Assembly: GCA_050298055.1 (NCBI GenBank)
Contig: JBNKTL010000009.1
Location: 32,001-96,000 of the forward strand
Length of the DNA stretch: 64,000 nucleotides
From: Spirochaetota bacterium
GTDB lineage: Bacteria > Spirochaetota > UBA4802 > UBA5550
Direction of reading: 5' to 3'
The position numbers and the translations under genes are program-made. The notes beneath the pieces were generated by a model. That model worked only from the letters and a program-made list of their open reading frames with translations, ran no database searches and was not told where the DNA came from. Each line of letters opens with the position of its first letter. The first letter of the stretch is position 1. Of the stretch, positions 37,810-48,681 are shown in pieces.

Positions 37810-40179
37810 ATGTTAAATTTTCCTATGAGCTTTTTTGATCTATTAAAAAAATTTCTGCCGGTGGTCCTGTTTCTGGCCCTTCATCTTGTTCCGGCAGAGG
37901 TTTTTGCCTCTTTTCCCGGCAGGGCCGGTTTCGTGCCCCTGGAGCTGAAAAAAGGCCAGGACCGTTCCTTTGCGGGACTGTACGCGGAATACCTGGAGGA
38001 CAGCTCCCGGTCATTGACCATTGATACGATTTTGTCCCGCCGGTCTGACGCGAAATTTCAACCCCTGGGAAGCAAAGTAAAAAATATCGGGTATACCGAT
38101 TCCGCCTACTGGATAAGGTTCCCGGTCAGGAACAGTGAAGGGGAAAAAACAGAATGGTGGCTCAATACTTTACCGGTCTGGATCAATGTCATCGATATTT
38201 ATATCATTCATAAAAAGCATATTGTTCATAAGCGGGGAGGAGTCAATTTTCCCTTCTCGCACAGGGAGATCAAAGTCAATGATTTAATTTTCCCTTTATA
38301 TTTGGATGCCCGGGAAACTGTATGGATCTACATCAGGGTCTTTACCGTTTCATCACAGCTTAATATCTCCGTCTGGTCTCCGGAAAGGTACCTGGAAAAC
38401 TACTATTTATACCAGGTCCTGAACGGGCTCTATTTCGGTCTTATTTTTGTCATGGCTGTCTATAATTTCATGATCTTTCTCTCTATCCGGGACAGGAGCT
38501 ATCTCTACTACACCATCTATCTTGTTGCCATGGGGCTTTTCCTTATGTCCATGACCGGTTACGGTTTCGCCTATCTCTGGCCCAATCTGACAGAGATCGG
38601 GATCACGATCAGCCGCATCTTCTCTTCTCTCTACCTGATAGCGGCAATTTTACAGGCCATCAATTTTCTTCAGCTGAAGCGGAATTTTTACAGGTCCTAT
38701 ATCTTTCTCCTGGTTTTGATCGCGGCCCCCCTCTGCGTGATCATTCTGTTTTTTATCCCCTCTGTGAGGGCGCGGGCTTTTCTCCCCGCCTGGTCGGCGG
38801 TCAACGCGACAGTGATCACATCCGTTATCTTTATCCTATCCCTGCGGGCTTTTATAAGAGGCTATCGACCGGCACGGTATTATACCCTGGCCTGGATCTT
38901 CCCGCTTATAGGGATCGTGGTGTTTGTATTGAAGCAGTTTGCTGTTATTCCGGAAAGTATTCTTGTAGAGTACAGTATTCATGTGGGCACAACATTTGAG
39001 GTAGCCTTTATCTCTCTGGCCCTCACCCACAGGATCCGCCTCCTCAGGAAGGAGAAGGAAGCCGCCCAGAAAAATGCCCTGGATGCCCAGCGGGTTTTAA
39101 TGGAAGAGCTGGAAGAAAAGGTCCGGGAACGGACGGAGAGTCTTCAGCAGAGCGAGACCCGTTTCCGTGCCCTTGCGGACGCCACCTTTGAAGGGATCAT
39201 CATCTGCCGGCAGAGGAAGATCATCGACTGTAATTTTACCCTCCTGGACCTGTCCGGGCACACGTGGCAGGAACTGGCGGGTAAAACCGTCACCGGCCTT
39301 TTCCTTGCCAGGGACAATGACCTTTTCAGAAAGATATTCCGGTCCGGTCTCAATCATCCCGTTGAAATTCTCATGAAAACAAAAAAGGGCACGTTTATCC
39401 CCGTGGAGATACTGGGGAAGAACATCTCCCAGGGGGGAAAAAAAATCCTCATCATCGCCGTCCGGGATATCCGGGAAAGAAAGAAAACCCTGAGGATGAA
39501 AGAGAACGTGGAAAGGGTGATCAGGCATGATTTAAAGACACCCCTCTCCTCAATCATTGAATTTTCAAACCTCCTGATCTCCCGGGAAAATAAATTGAGT
39601 GATAAAAAGCAGAAAAATTTTTCCCGGATCATTCTGGAAAACAGCCTGCGTATGAACGAAATGCTTAACCAGTCCCTTGACTTCTTTAAAATGGAGGAGG
39701 GAATATATAACATATCCCCCCGGGAGGTTGATCTGGGGGCCCTTCTCAGGCGAATTGACAGGAGTTTTTCCCGTCTCAAAAAGATTTTTTGTGTTGAGAT
39801 GGAAATATTTATTGAAGGGGAAAAATTGACCGGGGCCGGGAAATACTTGGTCATGGGAGAGGAAAACAAGCTCTATAACCTCTTTTCAAATCTTATAAAG
39901 AACGCCATAGAGGCTTCCCCGCCGGGTGAGAAGGTGACGGTGTACCTTTCCCGGGGAAGGTCTTTTCACAATATCCGTATCCATAACCGGGGGAAAATTC
40001 CCGGGGAGATAAAGGGGAGACTTTTTGAACCCTACGTAACGGGAGGAAAACCCGGCGGGACAGGACTGGGTATTTACAGCGCACGGATGATTGCCGTTTC
40101 ACACAAGGGGGAGATAACCTTTACTTCTTCAAAAAAAAGAGGGACCGCTTTTACGGTAAAGCTTCCGGTGAGGTTTTAA
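37810..40179 (+). CDS. 7TM-DISM PAS histidine kinase, paralog 2
   Basis: Same architecture as 35383-37788; RHDLKTPLS, NLIKNAIEAS, GTGLG. Confidence 0.9.
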   Translation: MLNFPMSFFDLLKKFLPVVLFLALHLVPAEVFASFPGRAGFVPLELKKGQDRSFAGLYAEYLEDSSRSLTIDTILSRRSDAKFQPLGSKVKNIGYTDSAYWIRFPVRNSEGEKTEWWLNTLPVWINVIDIYIIHKKHIVHKRGGVNFPFSHREIKVNDLIFPLYLDARETVWIYIRVFTVSSQLNISVWSPERYLENYYLYQVLNGLYFGLIFVMAVYNFMIFLSIRDRSYLYYTIYLVAMGLFLMSMTGYGFAYLWPNLTEIGITISRIFSSLYLIAAILQAINFLQLKRNFYRSYIFLLVLIAAPLCVIILFFIPSVRARAFLPAWSAVNATVITSVIFILSLRAFIRGYRPARYYTLAWIFPLIGIVVFVLKQFAVIPESILVEYSIHVGTTFEVAFISLALTHRIRLLRKEKEAAQKNALDAQRVLMEELEEKVRERTESLQQSETRFRALADATFEGIIICRQRKIIDCNFTLLDLSGHTWQELAGKTVTGLFLARDNDLFRKIFRSGLNHPVEILMKTKKGTFIPVEILGKNISQGGKKILIIAVRDIRERKKTLRMKENVERVIRHDLKTPLSSIIEFSNLLISRENKLSDKKQKNFSRIILENSLRMNEMLNQSLDFFKMEEGIYNISPREVDLGALLRRIDRSFSRLKKIFCVEMEIFIEGEKLTGAGKYLVMGEENKLYNLFSNLIKNAIEASPPGEKVTVYLSRGRSFHNIRIHNRGKIPGEIKGRLFEPYVTGGKPGGTGLGIYSARMIAVSHKGEITFTSSKKRGTAFTVKLPVRF

Positions 40180-40250
40180 ATGGAAGATTAGGGGGAACAA
40201 TGACCGGAGAGATATTCTTTCTCTTTATTAATTATTAATACAAAAAATAC

Positions 40251-40346
40251 TTGAACAAAAACTTAACTATTCTATTATGACATTAGAATTAGTAAACTTT
40301 TTATGGATTTCATAAAAAGGAGAGTGGGTTGCCGCTCTCCTTTTTT
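40251..40346 (+). promoter_or_regulatory. Promoter and rimP-leader attenuator hairpin
   Basis: TTGAAC-N16-TATTAT, then aaaaaggagagtgg-gttg-ccgctctcc-tttttt (40314-40346), the GAGTGGG-type terminator known upstream of rimP-nusA-infB. Confidence 0.7.
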
Positions 40347-40381
40347 CATATAATTGTAGAGAGTGAGCGGTTTTTCAGCTG

Positions 40382-40819
40382 ATGTTAAAGGATGAAATAA
40401 ACAGAATTATCGAAGAGACAGCTGAAGAACTGGGTTACTTGATCTATGAAAAATCTGCACTCCTGAGGGGTGAAGATTCGAAAATTGTAGTAAAGCTGGA
40501 CAGTCTTGATGGAATTTCGCATCAGGATTGCGAAAAGTTCAGTAAAAGACTTGATTACAGGCTCGAGGAATCTGAACTTATACCAAATTATACACTGGAA
40601 GTTTCATCACCCGGTTTAAAGAGAAAGCTCAGAAACCTGGAAGAGATTGAGAGGTTTAAAGATTCACCTGTGAAGATTATATATCAGGATGAAAATAACC
40701 GGGTTGTTTATCAGGGGATAGTCACGGGTTTGGAGAATGAACGTATTAAAATCAGGTCCGAGAAAAAGGATATTATTTTAGAGTACGGAAATGTTGTTGA
40801 AGCATTCTTAGATTATTAG
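40382..40819 (+). CDS. rimP: Ribosome maturation factor RimP
   Basis: GISHQDCEKFS, YTLEVSSPGLKRKL; first gene of the nusA operon. Confidence 0.95.
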   Translation: MLKDEINRIIEETAEELGYLIYEKSALLRGEDSKIVVKLDSLDGISHQDCEKFSKRLDYRLEESELIPNYTLEVSSPGLKRKLRNLEEIERFKDSPVKIIYQDENNRVVYQGIVTGLENERIKIRSEKKDIILEYGNVVEAFLDY

Positions 40820-40954
40820 TAATTATTCAGCTATGTATAAAAATATTTTTTAAAAGAAAACAACTGATTATCTCCCCGCCGCCTTCGGCGGCGGGGAGAT
40901 AATATTTATTTTTTTTATTTAATATATATTTTGAACATATAGCTGAGTACTTAC
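40819..40954. mobile_element. Copy C of ~135 bp palindromic MITE-like repeat
   Basis: Terminal IRs gtaattattcagctatgt / acatatagctgagtacttac; central attatctccccgccgcc-ttc-ggcggcggggagataat (40867-40903). Confidence 0.85.
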
Positions 40955-40974
40955 ATGTATTAAAGGTAGTCATA

Positions 40975-42306
40975 ATGAGCAATAATTTTTTTGAAGCACT
41001 TCACCAGATTGCTGTTGATAAGGGAATATCGAGGCAGGAGATTGAAGATATTGTAGAATCTGCAATGCTGTCCGCCTTTAAGAAGCAGTATGGTGTTGTA
41101 GAAAATGTTAATGTGGTTTTTGACAGGGACAACAATACTGTTAATGTTGTCTCAAAACGGATGGTCGTTAACAGGCCGTCAAATCTTGCAGAAGAGATAT
41201 CATTGAGCAATGCGCTAAAGATCGATCCTGACGTGAGTCTTGGTGATGAGATCATGGTTGAGGAGAATCCCCTGGAATCCTTCGGAAGGATAGCCGCACA
41301 GACCGCAAAACAGGTCATCATACAGAAGATAAAGGAAGCAGAGAAAAATCTTATCTACAATGAATTCAAGGACAAGGAGGGTGAGCTGATAAACGGTTTT
41401 CTCCAGAGGAAGTCCAGAGACGCGCTTTTTATTGAGCTGGGACGGACAGAAGGGATTCTTCCGGCCAGGGAGCAGTCTCCCCTGGAACATTTTAAGACCG
41501 GTGACAGGGTGAAAGCGCTTATCATCAATGTGGACAAGAACACCAAGGGGCCGAGTATTGTTCTCTCCAGGGCCCATCCGAAGTTTATTGAAAAGCTGTT
41601 TGAAATGGAGATCCCCGAGATCTATGACGGTGTGGTAAAGATCGTTAACGTTGTGCGTGAACCGGGCGTAAGGACAAAGGTTGCCGTAACGAGCGAAAGA
41701 GATGATATAGATTCTGTGGGCGCATGTGTGGGTATGAGGGGTATCAGGATACAGTCAATTGTGCGGGAGCTTGAAGGTGAGAAGATCGACGTGGTCGAAT
41801 ATTTTACGGAAAAAAGTATCATGGCTGCTAACGCCCTGACACCGGCAAAGGTCAAGGAGATTGTTGAGCTGGAGAGCGGCGGTGTGATTGCAGTAGTTGA
41901 AAACGATCACTATTCATTTGCAGTGGGAAGAGGCGGACATAATGTAAAGCTTGCTTCAAAGCTCTGTGGTTTTGATATCGATATAAAGACAGAGGACCAG
42001 TACAGGGATTTCCTTGCTTCAAGTGATTCCCGGGCCATTGTTGAACAGCTGTTTTCACAGTCTGAAGAAGAAGAAACATCCCTTGAAGAACTGCCCGGAC
42101 TTGATGAAAGGACAATTAAACTTCTGGAAGCCGGGGGAGTTTTTTCTGTTGAGGACCTCGTGGAATGTTCACATGAAGATCTTTTGAAAATAGATGGAAT
42201 TGGTAAAGTCTCTGCCGAGAAGATTCTGGATATTATCCGTGAATTTGTTGAAATTGAGGATGAGGATGAAGAATATGATGAGGAAGCCGAGGACGACACC
42301 GAATAA
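40975..42306 (+). CDS. nusA: Transcription termination/antitermination factor NusA
   Basis: FGRIAAQTAKQVI, S1 and KH domains (EIPEI, REPGVRTKVAV, VGACVGMRG), C-terminal HhH. Confidence 0.98.
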   Translation: MSNNFFEALHQIAVDKGISRQEIEDIVESAMLSAFKKQYGVVENVNVVFDRDNNTVNVVSKRMVVNRPSNLAEEISLSNALKIDPDVSLGDEIMVEENPLESFGRIAAQTAKQVIIQKIKEAEKNLIYNEFKDKEGELINGFLQRKSRDALFIELGRTEGILPAREQSPLEHFKTGDRVKALIINVDKNTKGPSIVLSRAHPKFIEKLFEMEIPEIYDGVVKIVNVVREPGVRTKVAVTSERDDIDSVGACVGMRGIRIQSIVRELEGEKIDVVEYFTEKSIMAANALTPAKVKEIVELESGGVIAVVENDHYSFAVGRGGHNVKLASKLCGFDIDIKTEDQYRDFLASSDSRAIVEQLFSQSEEEETSLEELPGLDERTIKLLEAGGVFSVEDLVECSHEDLLKIDGIGKVSAEKILDIIREFVEIEDEDEEYDEEAEDDTE

Positions 42307-42345
42307 TTAAAATAACGAGAAAATTAAGGAAACCTGAATATTTAA

Positions 42346-44685
42346 ATGAAAGCCAGCGAAATTGCATCAAAGAACCATATTACAATTGAAGACCTGTTTG
42401 AAGTCTGCAAGGATCTTGGTATTGATTGTGACACTGATAGTTCAGAACTGTCTGATCAGGATCTTTTCCTTGTAGAGAAGAAGATTGAAGTCATAAAGAA
42501 CAAAAAGTCCAGGCAGATTGAAAAGAAAATTGCCGGTAAAAAAATCAAACTGAAAAGGAAAGTTAAGGTTTCAACGGCAGTCAAAAAAAAGAAATCGGCA
42601 GATGAAAAAACTCAAAAAGAGAAACCGGATGTAAAAAAGAAAAAAACCGCGGATAAACCCGAAAAGAAAAAAGTTGTCAGAAAGGCCGGTGATCATGCGG
42701 CCGCTAAGCGAGAAAAGAAACCTGTTGAAGAGAAAAGGCCGTCTCTCGATAAAGGGAAAAAAGATGCATCTCCTGCTGACGCGATAAAAAAATCCGATAC
42801 TTCAAAAAAGAAGAAAAAGGCAAAAGATAAAGAGAAAGAGAAAAAGTACACAAAAGAAAAATATGCTGAAAAATCATTTTCAGTTAAAAAGAAACTGCAT
42901 GTACCTCAGAAAAAAGAAGCCGTAACGCCGGAAGAAATAACCATAATAGAAGGTGTAACAGTTGGTGAACTGGCAAAGAAACTTAATGTAAAAGCAAATG
43001 ACCTTATCTCCCGCCTCATGAAGCTCGGAGAAATGGCCACAATTAACCAGGCCCTGGATCTTGATACGGTGGTCATTCTTGCGGAAGAATTCGGGACCGA
43101 GGTCAAGGTCGTATCCCTCTTTGATGAAACAGTCATAAAACAGGTGGAGGTCGATAATCCCGAAGATTACATTGATGCTCCTCCTGTTGTAACAGTTATG
43201 GGCCATGTTGACCATGGAAAGACAAAGCTTCTCGACACAATACGGATGACCAATGTGACCGAGCAGGAACATGGGGGAATTACGCAGCACATCGGCGCGT
43301 ACATGGTAAATGTCAACAACAAGAAGATCACTTTTCTTGATACACCCGGCCACTCCGCCTTTACCACAATGAGGGCAAGGGGCGCCAGTGTTACCGATAT
43401 CGTTATTCTTGTTGTGGCGGCAAATGATGGGGTTATGCCTCAGACAATCGAGGCCATTGACCACGCGAAGGAGGCGAATGTTCCCATTATCGTTGCTATC
43501 AACAAGATTGATCTTGAGGACGCTAACCAGGCGAAAGTGAAACAGGAACTCTCCAATTATGACCTGGTGCCCGAAGAGTGGGGAGGACAGACACTCTATG
43601 CGGAAATCAGCGCAAAGAAGAAGATAAATATTGAAGACCTCCTTGAACTTATTCTTATCCAGACAGAGATGCTTGAACTAAAGGCAAACCCGAAGCAGAG
43701 AGCCCGGGGGACTGTTCTTGAATCCAAGCTGGATGTGGGAAGAGGCGCGGTAACAACAATACTTGTCCAGAATGGGACCCTGAAGGTCGGGGACCCCTTT
43801 GTGGTCGGTGTCTATAACGGGAAAGTAAGGGCAATGTTCAATGACCAGGGCGAACATATAAAGGAAGCCGGGCCGTCAACTCCCGTTGAAGTTCTCGGGA
43901 TCTCCGGTGTTCCCGAGGCCGGAGACCCCTTTGAGGGAGTTGAATCGGAGAAATTTGCGAAGCAGATATCTCAAAAAAGGCTTGAGTATAAGCGTATTGA
44001 ATCTGCTAAAAAGATCAAAAAGGTTACCCTTGAATCTCTTAACGAGCTTATCAGGGACGGTGAAATCCAGGACCTCAGAATTATTGTAAAAGCGGATGTG
44101 GACGGTTCTGCCCAGGCGCTGAAAAAGGAACTTGAAGATCTCAGTAATGACGATGTCAGGGTAAAGGTCATTCACCACGGTACCGGGGGAATTAATGAAT
44201 CCGATGTTATGCTCGCATCGGCTTCCAATGCCATAATTATCGGTTTTCATGTGAGACCAACAGGCAGGGTTGCCGAACTTGCGGAAAAGGAGAATGTGTC
44301 TCTCAAATACTATAACATAATCTTTGAAGCCACCGATGACATCAAGGCCGCAATGCGGGGTATGCTCAAGCCGGTCATAAAGGAAGTTGTCCAGGGAAGC
44401 GGTGAAATAAGGCAGGTTTTCAAAATATCAAAAGTTGGAACTGCGGGTGGATCAATTCTGGCAGCAGGGACATTTACCCGGAAGTGCAGGGTGAGGATCA
44501 TACGGGACGGTGTTGTTATTTATGAAGGTGATCTTAAATCACTGAAGAGATATAAAGATGATGTAAGCGAAGTTCAGGCGGGACAGGAATTTGGATTTGT
44601 TCTTGAAGATTTTAATGATCTGAAAGAAGGAGACGCGTTTGAAGCATATATTCTTAAAGAAATTGCCAGAGAATCCGCCGAGTAA
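42346..44685 (+). CDS. infB: Translation initiation factor IF-2
   Basis: [22 protein letters not shown]; Lys-rich N-terminus. Confidence 0.98.
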   Translation: MKASEIASKNHITIEDLFEVCKDLGIDCDTDSSELSDQDLFLVEKKIEVIKNKKSRQIEKKIAGKKIKLKRKVKVSTAVKKKKSADEKTQKEKPDVKKKKTADKPEKKKVVRKAGDHAAAKREKKPVEEKRPSLDKGKKDASPADAIKKSDTSKKKKKAKDKEKEKKYTKEKYAEKSFSVKKKLHVPQKKEAVTPEEITIIEGVTVGELAKKLNVKANDLISRLMKLGEMATINQALDLDTVVILAEEFGTEVKVVSLFDETVIKQVEVDNPEDYIDAPPVVTVMGHVDHGKTKLLDTIRMTNVTEQEHGGITQHIGAYMVNVNNKKITFLDTPGHSAFTTMRARGASVTDIVILVVAANDGVMPQTIEAIDHAKEANVPIIVAINKIDLEDANQAKVKQELSNYDLVPEEWGGQTLYAEISAKKKINIEDLLELILIQTEMLELKANPKQRARGTVLESKLDVGRGAVTTILVQNGTLKVGDPFVVGVYNGKVRAMFNDQGEHIKEAGPSTPVEVLGISGVPEAGDPFEGVESEKFAKQISQKRLEYKRIESAKKIKKVTLESLNELIRDGEIQDLRIIVKADVDGSAQALKKELEDLSNDDVRVKVIHHGTGGINESDVMLASASNAIIIGFHVRPTGRVAELAEKENVSLKYYNIIFEATDDIKAAMRGMLKPVIKEVVQGSGEIRQVFKISKVGTAGGSILAAGTFTRKCRVRIIRDGVVIYEGDLKSLKRYKDDVSEVQAGQEFGFVLEDFNDLKEGDAFEAYILKEIARESAE

Positions 44686-44711
44686 GTGAAAATGGATATG
44701 GGTTCAAAAAA

Positions 44712-45080
44712 ATGGCATATAGAAAAGAAAAGCTTGAAGAACAGATCAAGAGGCTTATTTCAGAGCTTATTATCAAGGAGATCAAAGACCCGAGGATCGG
44801 GTTTGTGAGCCTTACCGGGGTAAACCTGAGTAATGATAAAAAATCGGCAAGAGTGGGTATATCTGTTATCGGCTCCAACAAAGAGCGTCGGAGTGCTTTT
44901 GAAGGTCTTAAATCGGCAACAGGGTTTATCCAGTACCGCGTTGGTAAAGCCATTAAACTCAGGAATACCCCGAAGATTACTTTCTTCCTTGATAATTCCA
45001 TATCGGATGGCGTGGATATGGTAGATTTTCTTGAAAACCTGGTGAATGAAAATGATCCCGGGAATGATGAAGAGAAATAA
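44712..45080 (+). CDS. rbfA: Ribosome-binding factor A
   Basis: IKDPRIGFVSLT, LKSATGFI, LRNTPKITF; synteny. Confidence 0.95.
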   Translation: MAYRKEKLEEQIKRLISELIIKEIKDPRIGFVSLTGVNLSNDKKSARVGISVIGSNKERRSAFEGLKSATGFIQYRVGKAIKLRNTPKITFFLDNSISDGVDMVDFLENLVNENDPGNDEEK

Positions 45081-45097
45081 TTCGTTCTTTGTAAACA

Positions 45098-46036
45098 ATG
45101 TATTCGAATAATCTGAAGATGGTAAATAATTCAGTTATTCTTGTTGATAAACCGTGTGGAATAACTTCTTCCGGAACGCTCAACAGGTTAAAAAAAATCA
45201 CAGGTGTAAGGAAGGCAGGACATTCGGGAACACTTGATAAGTTCGCCAGCGGTCTTCTTGTGATATGTACCGGTTTTGTGACCAGGCTCACAAGGTTTTT
45301 CCTTGAAAGCGACAAGAGATATACCGGAAAGATCAGGTTCGGAATAACAACCGATACCCATGATCCTGAAGGAGAAGTTATTGACAGCAAACCGGTTGAT
45401 AACCTCACTCTGGATGATATATCGGGTATATTGAAAAAATATACCGGTGAGATAATTCAGCTTCCCCCGGTCTATTCCTCACTGAAGATCGGCGGCAAAA
45501 GGGCTTCTGACCTTGCCAGGGAGGGAAAGGAAGTCAGTCTTGAAGGGAGGCCGGTAACCATAAAAGAGATCACTCTCCTCGGTTACAAACCGGAGGAGGC
45601 GAGCATTACCCTGGACATTAAATGTTCCAAGGGGACATATATAAGGTCACTTGCACGGGATATCGGGAATGACCTTGGCTGCGGCGCATATCTTGAATCC
45701 CTGAGAAGAACAGAATCAGGAAGGTTTAGCCTGGGATCGGCCGCGACAATTGAGGAGATTGAGCGCTTTTTAAAGGGAGGGGGTATTGATAAGGAGTTTA
45801 TTATCAGGCCCTCGGATGCTCTTGCTGATTTCAACAGGGTCGTGGTAAACGAGAATGGGCGCAGAAGGGCGGTAAACGGAGCGCAGTTTGATTATTCGGA
45901 TGTCATTGAGACAAATGATAAAGGCAGCAGTCTGTTTATTATTGAAGACGAAAAAGATAATCTTATCGGGGTTGCGGAAATCGACACTGACAGGTGGAAT
46001 ATAAAGTATTTGAATATATTTAATCAGGTAGACTGA
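45098..46036 (+). CDS. truB: tRNA pseudouridine(55) synthase
   Basis: [43 protein letters not shown]. Confidence 0.96.
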   Translation: MYSNNLKMVNNSVILVDKPCGITSSGTLNRLKKITGVRKAGHSGTLDKFASGLLVICTGFVTRLTRFFLESDKRYTGKIRFGITTDTHDPEGEVIDSKPVDNLTLDDISGILKKYTGEIIQLPPVYSSLKIGGKRASDLAREGKEVSLEGRPVTIKEITLLGYKPEEASITLDIKCSKGTYIRSLARDIGNDLGCGAYLESLRRTESGRFSLGSAATIEEIERFLKGGGIDKEFIIRPSDALADFNRVVVNENGRRRAVNGAQFDYSDVIETNDKGSSLFIIEDEKDNLIGVAEIDTDRWNIKYLNIFNQVD

Positions 46037-46082
46037 TAAAAGTTATAGAGAATTACAAAGTTTAGGAGGACTATATAAAGTC

Positions 46083-46340
46083 ATGATTGACAAAAAGGAG
46101 ACAATCGAAAAGTACAGGACAAAGGACAATGATACCGGCTCACCTGAGGTACAGGTTGCACTTCTTACGGAAAGGATTAACCATTTAACAGAGCATTTCA
46201 AGGTACACAAGAAGGACCACCACTCACGGAGGGGACTTCTGAAAATGGTAGGCCAGAGAAGAAGGATTCTCGGTTATCTGAAGAAAAAGGATATTGAAAG
46301 ATACAGGAAGCTTATTCAGTCTCTCGGATTGAGAAGATAG
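46083..46340 (+). CDS. rpsO: 30S ribosomal protein S15
   Basis: [29 protein letters not shown]. Confidence 0.98.
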   Translation: MIDKKETIEKYRTKDNDTGSPEVQVALLTERINHLTEHFKVHKKDHHSRRGLLKMVGQRRRILGYLKKKDIERYRKLIQSLGLRR

Positions 46341-46562
46341 ATATTGCGTACTCTTAAATTTCATCACTCCGGTCAAATGCCGGCCTGCTGCACATTTTTT
46401 TGCTTAGGGATCACCATTTGACTGAAAAGATGTTTTTATAAAGACCATCCTGTCATGATCCAGATTTTGATAATGAACAGTGATTTTAAAAATAATGAAA
46501 ATGCTCAATGATTTTTACATGCAGCTGAGAAGCTGCGGAATAATATAACAGAGGTGAACTGA

Positions 46563-48653
46563 ATGAGTGCTGATTTTAGCATGAATATTGGAAACGAAAC
46601 GTTGAATTTTAATACAGGATATTTGGCAAAGCAGGCCGACGGGTCTGTTTTGGTAACATACGGCGAAACCGTTGTCTTTGCATCGGCAGTAGCATCACGA
46701 TCAGTGAGGGAGGGACAGGACTTTTTCCCTCTCACTGTTGAATACCGGGAAATGTCTTTTGCGGGCGGTAAGATCCCGGGAGGATTCATCAAGCGTGAAT
46801 CACGGCCAAGCGACAGGGAGATCCTTACCTGCCGTATTACCGACAGGCCCCTGAGACCGCTTTTTCCCAAAGACTTTGTGAACGAAGTACAGATTATTCT
46901 CTATGTCTGGTCCGCGGACAAGGAGAACCAGCAGGATGTTGTAGCAATAAATGCGGCATCGGCTGCGGTCAGCATATCGGGTCTTCCTTTCAAGGGCCCG
47001 GTGGGTGCCGTCAGAGTGGGAAGGGTGGACGGTCAGTGGATCATAAACCCGAAATTCTCAGAATCTGAAAAGAGCGATATTGATATCGTGGTGGCCGGGA
47101 CAAAAAAGGCCGTAACCATGATAGAGGGTTCCTCAAAAAATGTCAGTGAAGATGACATGATCGAAGCGGTTGACTTCGCTCATAAACATATCATTGAAAT
47201 ATGTAATACCCAGGAAGAGCTGATAAAGGCAGCGGCCAAACCGGAAATCGAGTATACGCCCCGGGAATCTCAGGATGAACTTAAAGAAATTTTAAAAAAC
47301 CGGTATTATTCGGAGATTGAAGGGCTTGAAAAGTTCCTGATCAAGAAGGAACGGGAAGACCGGTTCAATGCAATCATAGAGAAAGCTGTGGAAGAGCTTG
47401 AAGAGGAATATCCCGATTCAAAGGGCATTATCGGTGAGATCCTGGACAAGTTTGACGGTGAGGTTGTGAGGAAGAGGATCCTTGAAGAGGGGAAACGCGC
47501 CGACGGCAGGGGGCTCACGGATATCCGTCCTATAGATATTAAAATAGGACTTTTACCCAGAACACATGGTTCGGCAGTATTTACACGGGGAGAGACCCAG
47601 AGTCTTGGAGTAACAACCCTGGGAACCGTGGATGATGCCCAGAGGATGGATAATATTGAAGGTGAGTCAAGAAAGAGGTTCATGCTTCACTACAGTTTTC
47701 CTCCCTTTTCTGTGGGTGAAACGGGACGTTTCGGCGGGACCGGGAGGAGAGAGATCGGTCACGGTATGCTGGCCGAAAGGTCCCTTGAGTATGTGCTGCC
47801 TGATAAGGATACCTTTCCTTATACAATACGGCAGATATCGGAGATCCTTGAATCCAACGGTTCTTCGTCAATGGCATCGGTCTGTTCCGGTTCACTTGCC
47901 ATGTTTAACGCGGGTGTGCCCCTTAAGTCTGCGGTGGCGGGAATTGCCATGGGACTTGTTATGGAAGAGGACAGGTATTCGGTCCTCAGTGATATCATGG
48001 GACTGGAAGACCACCTCGGGGACATGGATTTCAAGGTTTCGGGAACCGAGACAGGGATTACCGCCTTTCAGCTTGATATTAAGATCGAGGGGATCACACT
48101 TGAGATCATGAGAAAAGCCCTTTACCAGGCCAGGGAGGGAAGGCTCCATATCCTCGGAAAAATGAAGGAAGCCATATCGGAACCTGCGGAAAATATCTCA
48201 AAGTATGCTCCGAAAATCAAGACCATAATGGTTAACCAGGACAAGATTGGCGAGATTATCGGTCCGGGGGGCAAGGTCATTAAGAAGATCATAGAGGAGA
48301 CCGGGGCATCGATTAACATCGATGATGACGGCAGGGTTACTATCGCATCGGAAGACCAGGATGCCATTGACTCTGCGGTAAAGAAGATCAACTCTATTGT
48401 GGAAGAAATCGAGGTAGGAAATTTCTATGAGGGGACTGTGAAAAAGATCATGGAATTTGGCGCCTTTGTGGAGATTGCTCCCGGGAAAGAGGGGCTTATC
48501 CATATTTCCAACCTCGATCATACCCGTGTCAGGAAAGTTACGGATATTCTCAATGCGGGAGACAAGGTCAAGGTCAAAGTCATCAATATTGACAAACAGG
48601 GACGGATTGACCTCAGTAGAAAAGAAGCCTTAAAGAAGAAAGAGCAGGATTGA
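46563..48653 (+). CDS. pnp: Polyribonucleotide nucleotidyltransferase
   Basis: FFPLTV, DRPLRPLFP, FTRGETQ, ESNGSSSMASVC, DHLGDMDFKV; KH and S1 domains. Confidence 0.98.
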   Translation: MSADFSMNIGNETLNFNTGYLAKQADGSVLVTYGETVVFASAVASRSVREGQDFFPLTVEYREMSFAGGKIPGGFIKRESRPSDREILTCRITDRPLRPLFPKDFVNEVQIILYVWSADKENQQDVVAINAASAAVSISGLPFKGPVGAVRVGRVDGQWIINPKFSESEKSDIDIVVAGTKKAVTMIEGSSKNVSEDDMIEAVDFAHKHIIEICNTQEELIKAAAKPEIEYTPRESQDELKEILKNRYYSEIEGLEKFLIKKEREDRFNAIIEKAVEELEEEYPDSKGIIGEILDKFDGEVVRKRILEEGKRADGRGLTDIRPIDIKIGLLPRTHGSAVFTRGETQSLGVTTLGTVDDAQRMDNIEGESRKRFMLHYSFPPFSVGETGRFGGTGRREIGHGMLAERSLEYVLPDKDTFPYTIRQISEILESNGSSSMASVCSGSLAMFNAGVPLKSAVAGIAMGLVMEEDRYSVLSDIMGLEDHLGDMDFKVSGTETGITAFQLDIKIEGITLEIMRKALYQAREGRLHILGKMKEAISEPAENISKYAPKIKTIMVNQDKIGEIIGPGGKVIKKIIEETGASINIDDDGRVTIASEDQDAIDSAVKKINSIVEEIEVGNFYEGTVKKIMEFGAFVEIAPGKEGLIHISNLDHTRVRKVTDILNAGDKVKVKVINIDKQGRIDLSRKEALKKKEQD

Positions 48654-48681
48654 TCTTTTCTCGGAGAATCTCTCACGCGGG

